Origin: Candidatus Komeilibacteria bacterium | GTDB lineage: Bacteria > Patescibacteriota > Patescibacteriia > UBA1558 | Direction: 5' to 3' | NCBI GenBank assembly: GCA_048538235.1 | Contig: JBLYPX010000001.1 | Coordinates: 521,015 to 585,014 of the forward strand | DNA: 64,000 bases | Shown: positions 10,034-20,397 of the stretch, piece by piece | Numbering within the stretch: position 1 is the stretch's first letter | Layout: each line of letters starts with the position of its first letter | Position numbers and translations under genes: made by a program | The notes under the pieces: generated by a model | Seen by the model: only the letters and a program-made list of their open reading frames with translations | Database searches by the model: none | Told to the model about the DNA's origin: nothing

Positions 10034-10785
10034 AATTCTGTTATTATTATTGGTCCTTTTTTAGTAATAGCTACGGTATGCTCATAATGAGCAGATAAAC
10101 TATCATCTGCTGTTTTAATAGTCCAATTATCTTCTTTGTAATCAATGTTATAATCCCCCATAGTAATCATAGGTTCTAAAGCTAAAACCATACCTTCTTC
10201 TAACTTCTGACCACGGCCTTTTGACCCAAAATTAGGCACAGAAGGAGCTTCGTGAACAGCATGACCAACACCATGTCCAACTAAGTCTCTAACCACTCCA
10301 TAACCGTGTTTTTCTGCATAGCTTTGAATAGCATAACCAATATCTCCTAAAGTATTACCAACCTTACATTGTTTAATACCAAGCTCTAAAGATTTTCTTG
10401 TTACCTTCATTAACTTCTTTGTTTCTTTGGAAATATTACCAACAGCTACAGTAGTAGCCATATCTGTAAACAAACCATTTCTGTCCATACCAATATCTAA
10501 ACTAACAATATCTCCATCTTGTAATATTCTATCTCCAGGAATACCATGTACAATTTCTTCATTAACAGAAACACAAAGTCCGGCTGGAAAAGGAGTTGGT
10601 TCACCATAACCTTTAAAAGAGGGTTTACCACCAGCTGCTATTATTAATTCCTCTGCCTTAGCATTAAGCTCACCCGTTGTTATGCCAGGTCTTACCATTT
10701 CTTTAACGTGCTTTAAAACAGATGCTAATACTTTACCATCTTCTCGTAATTGTCTTATCTCTTCTTCTGTTTTTATTAAACTCAT
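10030..10785 (-). CDS. map: type I methionine aminopeptidase
   Basis: 251 aa with a pita-bread fold and metal ligands (D...D...H...E...E pattern, GHGVGHAVHEAP). Confidence 0.9.
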   Translation of the reverse strand: MSLIKTEEEIRQLREDGKVLASVLKHVKEMVRPGITTGELNAKAEELIIAAGGKPSFKGYGEPTPFPAGLCVSVNEEIVHGIPGDRILQDGDIVSLDIGMDRNGLFTDMATTVAVGNISKETKKLMKVTRKSLELGIKQCKVGNTLGDIGYAIQSYAEKHGYGVVRDLVGHGVGHAVHEAPSVPNFGSKGRGQKLEEGMVLALEPMITMGDYNIDYKEDNWTIKTADDSLSAHYEHTVAITKKGPIIITEL

Positions 10786-11414
10786 AATTCTAATTTATTC
10801 TTAACTTCAACCCAGACCTCTTCAATTGAAGGCTCACCATTTATATTTATTAATATTCCTTTATTCTTATAATGTTCTAAAATTGGATTAATTAAACCAT
10901 GATAAGTTGCAATTCTTTCTTTAATAGCTTCTGGCTTTGCATCTGATCTTGTATATAGTTCTCCATTACATTTATCGCAAACATTCTCAACCTTAGGTGG
11001 CTTAAATAATATATTAAAATTAGCACCACATTCCTTACACATTCTTCTAGCAGCCATTCTTTCAGTTATAACCTCATCGCTACTATCTATATTTAAAACT
11101 AATGTTATGTCTGCTAAAGATTCTAAATACTCTACTTGAGGCATTGTTCTTGGGTAACCATCTAAAATGTATCCGTTAGCAACATCTGCTTCATTTAACC
11201 TTTCCTTAACAATCTCATTTGTTAATTCATCGTCTATTAATATACCAGCATCCATTCTTTCTTTAACCTGTTTACCTAAATCTGATCCAGACCTTATTGC
11301 TGATCTAAATATCTTACCAGTTGAAATGGCTGGGATATTTAACTCTTGCGCAAGTAGCTTAGCTTGAGTACCCTTTCCTGATCCAGGGGGTCCTAACATT
11401 ACAATTTTATGCAT
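10782..11414 (-). CDS. adk: adenylate kinase (zinc-lid type)
   Basis: P-loop GPPGSGKGTQA and a LID with CKECGANF...CDKC zinc site. Confidence 0.9.
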   Translation of the reverse strand: MHKIVMLGPPGSGKGTQAKLLAQELNIPAISTGKIFRSAIRSGSDLGKQVKERMDAGILIDDELTNEIVKERLNEADVANGYILDGYPRTMPQVEYLESLADITLVLNIDSSDEVITERMAARRMCKECGANFNILFKPPKVENVCDKCNGELYTRSDAKPEAIKERIATYHGLINPILEHYKNKGILININGEPSIEEVWVEVKNKLEL

Positions 11415-11464
11415 AATTTATTTATTTAAATTAATAATATCATTGTTATTTTACCTTATTTTAG

Positions 11465-11498
11465 TATAAAAAACAAAAATGACCCTAGAGGTCATTTA
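11465..11498 (-). terminator. rho-independent terminator between secY and adk
   Basis: aaatgacc-ctaga-ggtcattt hairpin followed on the minus strand by ttttgttttttata. Confidence 0.55.
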
Positions 11499-11521
11499 AC
11501 AAAACAAGCTATCCAGATCTA

Positions 11522-12799
11522 TTATAATCCGTCGTAATCACGCATAACAAGTTGTGAATCAATTTGCTTCATAGATTCAATCACAACAGATACTACGATA
11601 AGTAAACTAGTACCACCAATTACCATTGTGCTAACACCAGTTATTGGTTGAATAATAATTGGTAAAATAGCTACAGCACCTAAGAATAAAGCACCAGCTA
11701 AGATAATACGATTAACTGTATTCTTAATATATTCTTCTGTATGACGACCAGGTCTAATACCAGGAATAAAACCACCTTGCTTCTGTAAATTCTCAGCAAG
11801 TTGTTGTGGATGGAAAACAATAAATGTATAGAAGTAAGTAAAGGCTACAACTAGTATAAAATAGAAGATTCCATAAAATACTTGGTTTTGAAACAAGTTA
11901 ATAATAAACTGAGCGCCATTAGCCAACCATGCAGATTGAGCTCTAACAAAGAACTGAGCAATCATTGGTGGAAAAAGTACAATTGAAATAGCGAAAATAA
12001 TTGGAATAACACCAGCCATATTTACACGTAATGGTAAATGTGTTGAAACGCCACCATAAGCTCTATGGCCACGAATTCTTCTTGCATAGTTAACTGGTAC
12101 ATTTCTCTGACCTTCTGTAATAACTACAATAACAAATATTGTAATTAAAGCTATAACAATAAATAATACTAAGTTAAATATTTGAGCTGGATCAAAAACA
12201 GCAATTGTCTTAGATAATGCAGATGGTAAACCAGATACAATACCTGCAAAGATTAGCAATGAAATACCATTACCAACATGCTTGTCTGACATAAGTTCTC
12301 CTAACCACATTAGGAATACTGTACCAGCTGTAATTGTTAAAATAGCTGTACCAAATTCAAATGAACTCATGCTACCTAAAATATCTAAACCTGACTGTCT
12401 TTGTAAAATATTAATAAAACCATAAGCCTGCAAAGCAGCTAATGGCAATGTTAACCATCTTGTCCATTGATTAATCTTATTTCTACCTGCTTCACCTTCT
12501 TTAGAAAGTCTTTCAAGTGCTGGAACTATCATAGTCATTAATTGCAATATAATTGATGCAGTAATGTATGGAGCAATGCCAAGCATAACAATGGAAATAT
12601 TTTCCATACCACCACCTGAGAATAAGTTTAATAATCCTAATATCTGATTAGATGCAAAAAAATCTTTTAAACCAGATACATCAATACCAGGAATTGGGAT
12701 ATGAGCAGCTATTCTAAAGACAACTAGCATAGCAAAAACGAACATTAGATCTTTTCTAATATCTTTTGCTTTCCAAATTTGTCTAAGCTTCTCCCACAT
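11522..12799 (-). CDS. secY: preprotein translocase subunit SecY
   Basis: 425 aa, 10 TM segments, conserved SecY N-terminus (DLMFVFAMLVVFRIAAHIPIPGID). Confidence 0.9.
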   Translation of the reverse strand: MWEKLRQIWKAKDIRKDLMFVFAMLVVFRIAAHIPIPGIDVSGLKDFFASNQILGLLNLFSGGGMENISIVMLGIAPYITASIILQLMTMIVPALERLSKEGEAGRNKINQWTRWLTLPLAALQAYGFINILQRQSGLDILGSMSSFEFGTAILTITAGTVFLMWLGELMSDKHVGNGISLLIFAGIVSGLPSALSKTIAVFDPAQIFNLVLFIVIALITIFVIVVITEGQRNVPVNYARRIRGHRAYGGVSTHLPLRVNMAGVIPIIFAISIVLFPPMIAQFFVRAQSAWLANGAQFIINLFQNQVFYGIFYFILVVAFTYFYTFIVFHPQQLAENLQKQGGFIPGIRPGRHTEEYIKNTVNRIILAGALFLGAVAILPIIIQPITGVSTMVIGGTSLLIVVSVVIESMKQIDSQLVMRDYDGL

Positions 12800-12805
12800 A
12801 ATGGA

Positions 12806-13363
12806 TTATTTAGATTTTTCTTCTTTAGGCTCTGCTTTTGCCTTAGGCTCAGCCTTTTCCTTTGGTTCTTCTTTTACAACAGTTTCTTTCTTAACAGGCT
12901 TTGCTTTTGCTTTTGGCTCAATAATTTCACCACCAGCTTTAATAATAGCTTCTTTTGCCTTAACTGACAAACTATCTATTTTAATTACTAATTTCTTTGT
13001 TAAATCACCAGTACCTAATATCTTTACATTTTTAACACCCTTTGGAATCAAATCCTTCTTAACTAAACTCTTTAAAGATACAACTTCACCTGATTCAAAA
13101 TACTTATCTAATACAGATAAATTAACAGGTATATTATTTGGTCTTTCACTCTTAAATCCTTTACTCTTTGGAATTCTAAGCATATATGACTTAAGACTAC
13201 GCGCCTTTAACCCACTGGCACCTGATCTAGACTTTTGACCTTTCATTCCTTTACCAGAATAATTACCATGTCCGGATGAGTTTCCACGACCACGTCTAAC
13301 TTTACGCTTTCTAGCTTTTGGATTCTTTGGTAAATTATGTAAACCTAATAATTCTTGTGACAT
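12806..13363 (-). CDS. rplO: 50S ribosomal protein L15 with a Lys/Glu/Pro-rich C-terminal extension
   Basis: N-terminal RKRKVRRGRGNSSGHG motif. About 40 aa low-complexity tail KAKAKPVKKETVVKEEPKEKAEPKAKAEPKEEKSK. Confidence 0.85.
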   Translation of the reverse strand: MSQELLGLHNLPKNPKARKRKVRRGRGNSSGHGNYSGKGMKGQKSRSGASGLKARSLKSYMLRIPKSKGFKSERPNNIPVNLSVLDKYFESGEVVSLKSLVKKDLIPKGVKNVKILGTGDLTKKLVIKIDSLSVKAKEAIIKAGGEIIEPKAKAKPVKKETVVKEEPKEKAEPKAKAEPKEEKSK

Positions 13364-13367
13364 ATAT

Positions 13368-13964
13368 TTATTTCTTAGCAGCTACTTTTTTAGGAGCTGG
13401 CTTGCTCTTCTGAGCAACTGGTTTAGCTTGTGGCTTAGCTTTAGGCTTAGCTGGTTCTTTAGCTTGTGGCTTTTCCTTTGGAGCTCTTTTTTTAAGATCA
13501 GCTAAAGCTTCAAATACTGACTTAACAATATTCACTTTATTATTTGAACCTAAAATCTTAGCTGAAACATTCTTAATACCAGATAATTCGAGCACAGCTC
13601 TAACAGCGCCACCAGCAATAATACCAGTACCATCTGGAGCTGGTCTAAATATTACATGAGCAGCTTTATATTTCTTATTTACTTGATGAGCAATAGTGCC
13701 ATCAACAATATCTAATTTTAATAATCTATTCTTTGCTTGTGAAACAGCTTTATTTACAGCAATAGCTACGTCAGCACCTTTTGCTAAACCATAACCAATT
13801 TGACCTTTGTGATCACCTATAACAACACAAGCTCTAAATCTCATACGTTTACCACCGGCCATAACACGAGTAACCCTTCTTAAATCTACAATGCGTTGTT
13901 CAAACTCATCACGTTCTCTTTCCTTGTATGGTTTTTTCTTAAAATTTTTCTTATTATCTGTCAT
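13368..13964 (-). CDS. rpsE: 30S ribosomal protein S5 with N- and C-terminal extensions
   Basis: Core RRVTRVMAGGKRMRFRACVVIGDHKGQIGYGLAKG. K/P/A-rich C-terminal tail. No rpmD between this gene and rplO. Confidence 0.9.
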   Translation of the reverse strand: MTDNKKNFKKKPYKERERDEFEQRIVDLRRVTRVMAGGKRMRFRACVVIGDHKGQIGYGLAKGADVAIAVNKAVSQAKNRLLKLDIVDGTIAHQVNKKYKAAHVIFRPAPDGTGIIAGGAVRAVLELSGIKNVSAKILGSNNKVNIVKSVFEALADLKKRAPKEKPQAKEPAKPKAKPQAKPVAQKSKPAPKKVAAKK

Positions 13965-13975
13965 AATTTTTTATA

Positions 13976-14332
13976 TTAAAATTCTAAACCATTAGCACGT
14001 AATGATTCAGCCAACGCCTTAACACGTCCGTGATACTTATATGCACCTCTATCAAAAACAATAGCTTTAATCTTTTTATCTTGCAATGCTTTTGCTAATA
14101 GTTTACCAAATTCTTCTGCTCTTTTAGTCTTATCTCCCTTTAAATTTAGTTTAGCTTCATGAAGACCAACAATTGTTTGTTGTTTATCATCATTAATAGC
14201 TTGAGCTGACATAAATCTTAGACTACGTTTAATAGCAACTCTTGGACGCTCTGCAGTACCGTGTAATTTAGAACGAGTTCTAGTTTGTCTGCGAAGCTTT
14301 GTATTATATTTTTCTTTATTTAAATCTTTCAT
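13976..14332 (-). CDS. rplR: 50S ribosomal protein L18
   Basis: 118 aa with typical L18 C-terminus FDRGAYKYHGRVKALAESLRANGLEF. Confidence 0.85.
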   Translation of the reverse strand: MKDLNKEKYNTKLRRQTRTRSKLHGTAERPRVAIKRSLRFMSAQAINDDKQQTIVGLHEAKLNLKGDKTKRAEEFGKLLAKALQDKKIKAIVFDRGAYKYHGRVKALAESLRANGLEF

Positions 14333-14333
14333 A

Positions 14334-14897
14334 TTATTTTTCTGCTCCCTTGGCTACTTTACCAGCCTTACGTCTGATAACCTCATCAATATATTTAATA
14401 CCCTTACCTTTGTATGGTTCAGGTTTCTTAATAGCTCTAATTTCAGAAGCAATTTGACCAACTCTTTGTTTGTCTATTCCTTCTACTGTAATAACATTCT
14501 TTTCTGTTGTAACTGTAATATCTTCTGGAACACTATATTCTACTTGGTGTGAATAACCTACATTTAAAACAAGTACTTTACCTTTAGACTCTGCTTTAAA
14601 GCCAACACCATTAATTTCTAATTGTTTCTTGTAACCTTCTGTGACACCAGTTATTAAATTATCTAAAATACTTCTAGTTGTGCCCCATAAAGAACGAACT
14701 TCTTTTTTACTATCTTCTGGAATAGATACGTTAATTTCTTTATCATTTACAACAACTTCAACAGCTGCTGCTTTTTCCATCTTAAGCTCGCCTTTTGGTC
14801 CCTTAACAGTAATATTATTACCGTCAATCTTAACTTCTACTTTATCTGGGATTATTATTGGTTGTTTTCCTATTCTTGACATATTACCAAATTTCAC
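14334..14897 (-). CDS. rplF: 50S ribosomal protein L6
   Basis: 187 aa, MSRIGKQPIIIPDKVEVKIDGNNITVKGPKGEL, two-domain L6. Confidence 0.9.
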   Translation of the reverse strand: MKFGNMSRIGKQPIIIPDKVEVKIDGNNITVKGPKGELKMEKAAAVEVVVNDKEINVSIPEDSKKEVRSLWGTTRSILDNLITGVTEGYKKQLEINGVGFKAESKGKVLVLNVGYSHQVEYSVPEDITVTTEKNVITVEGIDKQRVGQIASEIRAIKKPEPYKGKGIKYIDEVIRRKAGKVAKGAEK

Positions 14898-15279
14898 AAA
14901 TTAATTCGCCGCCAATCTTAGCACGACGTGCTTCGTTATCTGTCTTTAGACCTTTAGATGTTGAAATAACAGCCATACCAAGTCCGTTTAGGATATATGG
15001 AATACTATTACCTTTAACATATATTCTTCTACTAGGCTTTGACATTCTACGAATATGCTTAAAAGCTGGTTGACCTTGAACATAACCCAATGTTGCAATC
15101 AGGACTTTAAAACCATTTTGTTCCTCAACTCTAACATCTTTAATATAGTTTTCTTTTACAAAAACTTTTAAAATACCATATTTAAGCTTAGACCAAGGAA
15201 TTAACACTTCATCTTTCTTTACTGCCTGAGCGTTTCTTAAACGGGCAAGCATGTCTGCAATTGGATCTGTTACTGTCAT
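14884..15279 (-). CDS. rpsH: 30S ribosomal protein S8
   Basis: 131 aa, MTVTDPIADMLARLRNAQ.... Confidence 0.9.
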   Translation of the reverse strand: MTVTDPIADMLARLRNAQAVKKDEVLIPWSKLKYGILKVFVKENYIKDVRVEEQNGFKVLIATLGYVQGQPAFKHIRRMSKPSRRIYVKGNSIPYILNGLGMAVISTSKGLKTDNEARRAKIGGELICEIW

Positions 15280-15304
15280 AATTTAATTAATATTATATTA
15301 CTTA

Positions 15305-15490
15305 TTACCAACTAGATTTCTTAACACCAGGAATTTCACCCTGAGATGCTAATTCTCTAAAACAAATACGGCAAAGTTTAAAATCTCTAATATATCCTCG
15401 GCGACGACCACAACGCCAACAACGTCTAGTAATTCTAGTTGAGTATTTTGGCTCTTTGTTTGCCTTTGCTATTTCTGACTTTATTGCCAT
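15305..15490 (-). CDS. rpsZ: 30S ribosomal protein S14 type Z (zinc-binding)
   Basis: 61 aa with the CxxC...CxxC motif ([20 protein letters not shown]). Confidence 0.85.
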   Translation of the reverse strand: MAIKSEIAKANKEPKYSTRITRRCWRCGRRRGYIRDFKLCRICFRELASQGEIPGVKKSSW

Positions 15491-15501
15491 ATTAGTATCT
15501 A

Positions 15502-16059
15502 TTAATTCTTATCTTCTAATTTCTTAAATGGGAAGCCTAATAATCTGAATAGCTCAAAACCTTCTTCCCTTGTTTTAGCTGTAGTTGTAACTGAAACTTC
15601 TAAACCGTGTAATTTTTCTACTTCATCAAAAGAAATTTCAGGAAATACTACGTGCTCTTTAAAACCTAATGTCATATTACCATGATCATCTATATTCTTC
15701 TTTGGGTCTAGACCATGAAAATCTCTTACACGTGGGAAAGCAATATGTACAAGCTTATTTAAAAAGTCATACATTCTATCTCCGCGTAATGTTACCTTAT
15801 ACCCTACGATCATACCTTCTCTAATCTTAAAAGCTGCAATTGATTTACGAGCTTTAATTGGAGATGGTTTTTGACCAGTAATTCTATTTAAAGTATTTAT
15901 AACTAATTCATTAAAACTGGCATCTGTTAAACCTTTACCAACACCAACATTAATAGTAACCTTTTTCATCTTTGGTGCGGCCATTTTATTCTTATACCCA
16001 AACTTTTCCATTAATTGGGCTAGAACTTCTTTATTATATTTTTCTTTTAATAAATCCAT
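15502..16059 (-). CDS. rplE: 50S ribosomal protein L5
   Basis: 185 aa, typical L5 (LKEKYNKEV...GLDISITTTAKT-like). Confidence 0.9.
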   Translation of the reverse strand: MDLLKEKYNKEVLAQLMEKFGYKNKMAAPKMKKVTINVGVGKGLTDASFNELVINTLNRITGQKPSPIKARKSIAAFKIREGMIVGYKVTLRGDRMYDFLNKLVHIAFPRVRDFHGLDPKKNIDDHGNMTLGFKEHVVFPEISFDEVEKLHGLEVSVTTTAKTREEGFELFRLLGFPFKKLEDKN

Positions 16060-16063
16060 ATAT

Positions 16064-16375
16064 TTACTTTATTTCTTCACCTGTCTTACGTGAAATTCTT
16101 ATTTTTTTCTTATCTGCTAAGATTTTAACTCCCATTCTAGTTCTCTTGCTTGTTCTTGGGTCAACTAGCATTACATTAGAAGCATTCATAGCTGCAGCAA
16201 ATTCAATTCTTTGTCCTTTTTCACCTTCACGTCTTGCTCTAGCATGCTTTATTCTTAAATTTAAACCTTCAACAATAACTCTATTTTTAACTGCATCAAC
16301 TTTAATAATCTTACCGCGTTTACCACGATCTTTTCCTGCAATTATTTCTACATTGTCGCCTTTTTTAAATCTCAT
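16064..16375 (-). CDS. rplX: 50S ribosomal protein L24
   Basis: 103 aa with KOW motif (MRFKKGDNVEIIAGKDRGKRGKI). Confidence 0.85.
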   Translation of the reverse strand: MRFKKGDNVEIIAGKDRGKRGKIIKVDAVKNRVIVEGLNLRIKHARARREGEKGQRIEFAAAMNASNVMLVDPRTSKRTRMGVKILADKKKIRISRKTGEEIK

Positions 16376-16379
16376 ATAT

Positions 16380-16751
16380 TTATAATACTTCTGGTGCTAA
16401 TGACACAATTTTATTAAAACCTTTATTCTTCAACTCTCTACCAATTGGTCCAAATACACGAGTACCTTTTGGTTCTTTGTTCTTTGGATCAATGATAACA
16501 GCTGCATTTTCATCAAAACGAATATATGTACCGTCTTTTCTACCAACTTCTTTTCTTTGTCTAACAATAACAGCTACTACAACGTCTCCTTTTTTTACCA
16601 TTGAATGAGGTTGAGCAACCTTTACAGAAGCAGTAACTAAATCTCCTAAACGTGCATAACGTCTTTTGTAACCATCATGAACTCTGATGACTTTAATCAT
16701 CTTTGCTCCTGTGTTATCTGCTATTTTTAATCTTGATTCTGACTGTATCAT
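16380..16751 (-). CDS. rplN: 50S ribosomal protein L14
   Basis: 123 aa, [17 protein letters not shown].... Confidence 0.9.
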   Translation of the reverse strand: MIQSESRLKIADNTGAKMIKVIRVHDGYKRRYARLGDLVTASVKVAQPHSMVKKGDVVVAVIVRQRKEVGRKDGTYIRFDENAAVIIDPKNKEPKGTRVFGPIGRELKNKGFNKIVSLAPEVL

Positions 16752-16752
16752 A

Positions 16753-17004
16753 TTATTTTACTTTTGAAACAATTCTCCATCGTTTTGTCTTAGACATTGG
16801 TCTACATTCCTCAAAGATAACCACATCACCTTCTTTAAACTTATTATCTTGATTATGACAATTAAAACGACGTGTTGATTTATATGCTTTCTTATATTTA
16901 CTATGCACCTTTTTGCTAACAATACTAACAACGGCTGTGTCATTCATCTTGTTAGATACAACTGTGCCTTGAAATTTTCTTGAATTTTTCTTTTCTTCTG
17001 TCAT
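16753..17004 (-). CDS. rpsQ: 30S ribosomal protein S17
   Basis: 83 aa OB-fold protein ([16 protein letters not shown]...). Confidence 0.85.
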   Translation of the reverse strand: MTEEKKNSRKFQGTVVSNKMNDTAVVSIVSKKVHSKYKKAYKSTRRFNCHNQDNKFKEGDVVIFEECRPMSKTKRWRIVSKVK

Positions 17005-17005
17005 A

Positions 17006-17188
17006 TTATTTTCTTAACTCATTTAAAACTGTAATAATTTGAGCAATTTCTTTTCTTGTCTTTCTAATATCTCTAATATTCTTTAACTGTTTATTGCTAA
17101 CAGAAAATCTCATGTCTCTAACCTGCTCACGCTTGGTAGCTAACATTTTCTGTAATTCCTTTATATCTTTTTTTCTCAAATCTTTCAT
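17006..17188 (-). CDS. rpmC: 50S ribosomal protein L29
   Basis: 60 aa helical protein in the expected position between rplP and rpsQ. Confidence 0.75.
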   Translation of the reverse strand: MKDLRKKDIKELQKMLATKREQVRDMRFSVSNKQLKNIRDIRKTRKEIAQIITVLNELRK

Positions 17189-17190
17189 AA

Positions 17191-17598
17191 TTATGCTTTA
17201 ACAAATTTGGTCTTAATTGGTAGCTTGTATGCAGCTAGCTTCATAGCTTTAGCAGCATCTTCTTCTGGAACACCGCCGATTTCAAAAATAACAGTACCCG
17301 GCTTTACAATAGCAACATAATGATCAACTGGACCTTTACCACTTCCCATAGGCATTTCACTACCTTTTTTTGTAATTGGCTTATCTGGGAAAATACGTAT
17401 CCAAACCTTACCATCACGTTGTAAAGATCTAGTAATAACACGTCTAGCTGATTCAATCTGTCTTGCAGACACCCAAGCTCTACCTAATGATTTCATACCA
17501 AAATCTCCGAATGCTACAGTATTAATACGAGTAGCACGGCCTTTAATCTGGTCGGTACGATGCCATTTTCTATGTTTTACTTTCTTAGGGGCTAACAT
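17191..17598 (-). CDS. rplP: 50S ribosomal protein L16
   Basis: 135 aa, MLAPKKVKHRKWHR.... Confidence 0.9.
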   Translation of the reverse strand: MLAPKKVKHRKWHRTDQIKGRATRINTVAFGDFGMKSLGRAWVSARQIESARRVITRSLQRDGKVWIRIFPDKPITKKGSEMPMGSGKGPVDHYVAIVKPGTVIFEIGGVPEEDAAKAMKLAAYKLPIKTKFVKA

Positions 17599-18257
17599 TA
17601 TTTTGTACTATTATTATCTTTATTAAATACTTCACCTTTATATATCCATACTTTAATACCAATCTTACCATAAGTAGTACTAGCGTGACCGCGACAATAA
17701 TCTATATCTGCACGTAAAGTATGTAAAGGTATTTTTCCTTCTGACAAAACTTCAGTACGAGCAATTTCTGCTCCATTCAATCTACCGCCAGCTGAAACTT
17801 TAACACCTTTAGCACCAGCTCTCATAACCCTGCCGATAGCTTGCTTCATAACTCTTCTAAAAGGCATTCTCTTTTCAATATCTGCAATAATTGATTGCAT
17901 AACAACTGCTGATGAAAGGTTTGAATCTGCAACTTCTTTTACATTAACCTTTACAGTACCTTGGTTTTTAAATATATCCTTGCGAATAGCTTTCTTTAAA
18001 TCTTCAATACCACTACCACCTCTACCAATTATAATACCAGGTTTACCAGCAATAATATCTATAGTAACTGCATTATCATCTCTTCTAATTTCAACAGTGT
18101 CCAGTCCTGCATCTCTCATCTTAGTAGAAATATATTTTCTAATTTTAATATCCTGTTCTAAAAATTTTGCAAAATCCCCACGCTTAGCAAACCATTTTGA
18201 TGGCCACTTTTGAGTAATACCTAATCTTAGTCCTTTTGGATTTACTTTTTGTCCCAT
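17598..18257 (-). CDS. rpsC: 30S ribosomal protein S3
   Basis: 219 aa, MGQKVNPKGLRLGIT..., KH domain. Confidence 0.9.
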   Translation of the reverse strand: MGQKVNPKGLRLGITQKWPSKWFAKRGDFAKFLEQDIKIRKYISTKMRDAGLDTVEIRRDDNAVTIDIIAGKPGIIIGRGGSGIEDLKKAIRKDIFKNQGTVKVNVKEVADSNLSSAVVMQSIIADIEKRMPFRRVMKQAIGRVMRAGAKGVKVSAGGRLNGAEIARTEVLSEGKIPLHTLRADIDYCRGHASTTYGKIGIKVWIYKGEVFNKDNNSTK

Positions 18258-18258
18258 A

Positions 18259-18771
18259 TTATCTTTCTCCTGCTTTACGTTGGAAATTAAATGATTTCTT
18301 ACCAGACTTAGCTTTTTCTACAGCTTTTGTAGTTTTAGCCATGTCTTTTACTTTCTTTGTGTCGCCTTTAACATCTAAATCTTCAGCTTTAACAATTTCT
18401 GACTTATCTGCTTTTTTAGAAGCTTTTGCTTTTTTATCCTCTTCACCTTCTAAAACTAATTTAATATGTGTCATTGGCTTTCTTAAAACATCTGCTCTAC
18501 CATGTGCACGTGGAAACATTCTCTTCAAAACCGGACCACCATCTGCCATAACTGACTTTACAATTAAAGTATCTTCTTTTATTGAAAAATTGTTAACAGC
18601 ATTAGCAATAGCAGATTGTAAAACCTTTAAAACAAACTTAGCTGGCTTTTGATTTGCCAATCTTAAGATGTCTACAGCTTCAACTGCTTTCTTTCCACGT
18701 ATATTATCTATAACCAACCTTGTTTTAGTTGGAGATAATCTCAAATGTTTTACTGATGCTTTAACTTCCAT
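18259..18771 (-). CDS. rplV: 50S ribosomal protein L22 with a Lys-rich C-terminal extension
   Basis: L22 core (MEVKASVKHLRLSPTKTRLVIDNIRGK) plus a roughly 55 aa K/A/E tail. Confidence 0.85.
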   Translation of the reverse strand: MEVKASVKHLRLSPTKTRLVIDNIRGKKAVEAVDILRLANQKPAKFVLKVLQSAIANAVNNFSIKEDTLIVKSVMADGGPVLKRMFPRAHGRADVLRKPMTHIKLVLEGEEDKKAKASKKADKSEIVKAEDLDVKGDTKKVKDMAKTTKAVEKAKSGKKSFNFQRKAGER

Positions 18772-18782
18772 ATTATTTATAA

Positions 18783-19064
18783 TTAACCTTTAGCTTGCTC
18801 TTTAGCCATCTTACCACCGTGAGATACAAACTTTCTTGTTGGAGCAAACTCACCTAATTTATGTCCGACCATATTTTCTACTACAAATACTGGCATATGA
18901 TTTCTGCCATTGTGTACATGAATAGTATAACCAACCATTTCTGGAGTAATAGAACTATTTCTAGCCCATGTCTTTATTTCATTTTTATCTCCAGGCTTAA
19001 CCTTGCTCAATTTCTTGAGTAGTTTAGCATCTACATATGGTCCTTTTTTTAGTGATCTTGACAT
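18783..19064 (-). CDS. rpsS: 30S ribosomal protein S19
   Basis: 93 aa, [12 protein letters not shown].... Confidence 0.9.
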   Translation of the reverse strand: MSRSLKKGPYVDAKLLKKLSKVKPGDKNEIKTWARNSSITPEMVGYTIHVHNGRNHMPVFVVENMVGHKLGEFAPTRKFVSHGGKMAKEQAKG

Positions 19065-19076
19065 AAATATTATTTA

Positions 19077-19922
19077 TTATTTTCTTCTCTTTTTCTTTCT
19101 TCTTTGAACAATAAGCTTATCTGATTTCTTATTTGCTCTTCTTGTCTTAACACCTAATGCTGGTTTACCCCATGGAGTCTTTGGATGCTTCAAACCGATT
19201 GAGTTTCTAGCTTCACCACCACCATGAGGGTGATCGACTGGATTCATAACCTTACCGCGAACAGTAGGTTTTATTCCTAAATGTCTCATTCTACCAGCCT
19301 TACCCCAACGAATGTTACGGTGTTCTGGATTAGAAACTTGTCCAACTGATGCCATGCATTCTTTGGAAACTTTTCTAATCTCTCCTGAAGGCATCTTCAA
19401 CTGTGCATATTTACCCTCAATAGACATTAGAATAGCTGAAGTACCAGCGCCACGAACTGTCTTACCGCCCTGACCTTCTTCTAATTCAATATTATATACA
19501 TCTACACCACTAGGTATTAAATGTAAAGGAAAACGATTACCAATTCCTCTTGTATATTTTGTCTTTGAATTTATTAACTTATCTCCAACCTTCATTTTAT
19601 CTGCAGCTAAAATATACTGCCTAGCTCCATCTGCATAACAAATTAATGCAATGTTGGCGTTTCTATTTGGATCATACTCAATAGTTTCAACCTTAGCTGG
19701 AATGTCAAACTTAGCTCTCTTAAAATCAACAAGTCTAATAAATCTCTTAGCTCCACCACCTTTATGTCTAACTGTGATCTTACCTTGATTATTTCTTCCG
19801 CCTTTTCTTTTCTTAATAACTCTTAAAGACTTAACAGGGTTAGATTTTCTGTTGGCATCACTAACCAAGACTGACGTACGTCGTCTGGATGGAGTTGTTG
19901 GTTTGTAAACTTTAATTGCCAT
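19077..19922 (-). CDS. rplB: 50S ribosomal protein L2
   Basis: 281 aa with conserved GGGAKRFIRLVDFKR-type N-terminus and GRNNQGKITVRHKGGG core. Confidence 0.9.
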   Translation of the reverse strand: MAIKVYKPTTPSRRRTSVLVSDANRKSNPVKSLRVIKKRKGGRNNQGKITVRHKGGGAKRFIRLVDFKRAKFDIPAKVETIEYDPNRNANIALICYADGARQYILAADKMKVGDKLINSKTKYTRGIGNRFPLHLIPSGVDVYNIELEEGQGGKTVRGAGTSAILMSIEGKYAQLKMPSGEIRKVSKECMASVGQVSNPEHRNIRWGKAGRMRHLGIKPTVRGKVMNPVDHPHGGGEARNSIGLKHPKTPWGKPALGVKTRRANKKSDKLIVQRRKKKRRK

Positions 19923-19943
19923 TTATCTAAATAATTCTATTTA

Positions 19944-20396
19944 TTAAACACCTTCGTATACACTGATTGACTGTCCCTGCTTTAAGGTAACAATAGCCTT
20001 TTTAGTCTTTCTTGTTTTACCACTAATTCTTCCATAAGTAACTTTTTTACCACGACTACGTATAATATTAACCTTAATGACATTCACATTGTATAATTTT
20101 TCAATTGCCTTTCTAACTTCAATCTTATTGGCATTCATTGCTACTTCAAATATATATTTATTTTCTGATGCTAAATATGTAGCTTTTTCTGTAATAACAG
20201 GTCTTTGTATCCATTTGTAAGATAAACCAGATTGACCAGTTGCTTTAGCAGTTGCCACTTTCTTTCCAGGCTTAGCTGTTTTGCTTTCCTTTTCTTCTAA
20301 CTGAGCCAATGTTAAATCTTCCTTAGCAACTACAGGTTTTTTCTTATCTTCTTTAACAGCTTTATCGTCTGTGTTTTTCTTTCCAAATATACCCAT
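19944..20396 (-). CDS. rplW: 50S ribosomal protein L23 with an N-terminal Lys-rich extension
   Basis: C-terminal 95 aa match L23 (YEVIKRPVITEKA-like QRPVITEKATYL...). About 55 aa N-terminal extension. Confidence 0.8.
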   Translation of the reverse strand: MGIFGKKNTDDKAVKEDKKKPVVAKEDLTLAQLEEKESKTAKPGKKVATAKATGQSGLSYKWIQRPVITEKATYLASENKYIFEVAMNANKIEVRKAIEKLYNVNVIKVNIIRSRGKKVTYGRISGKTRKTKKAIVTLKQGQSISVYEGV

Positions 20397-20397
20397 A

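Noticed and set aside
12779-13238. Plus-strand ORFs of 62 and 145 aa overlapping secY/rplO
   Set aside because: Antisense to r-protein genes. Phe/Leu/Ser-rich artefacts of AT-rich DNA.
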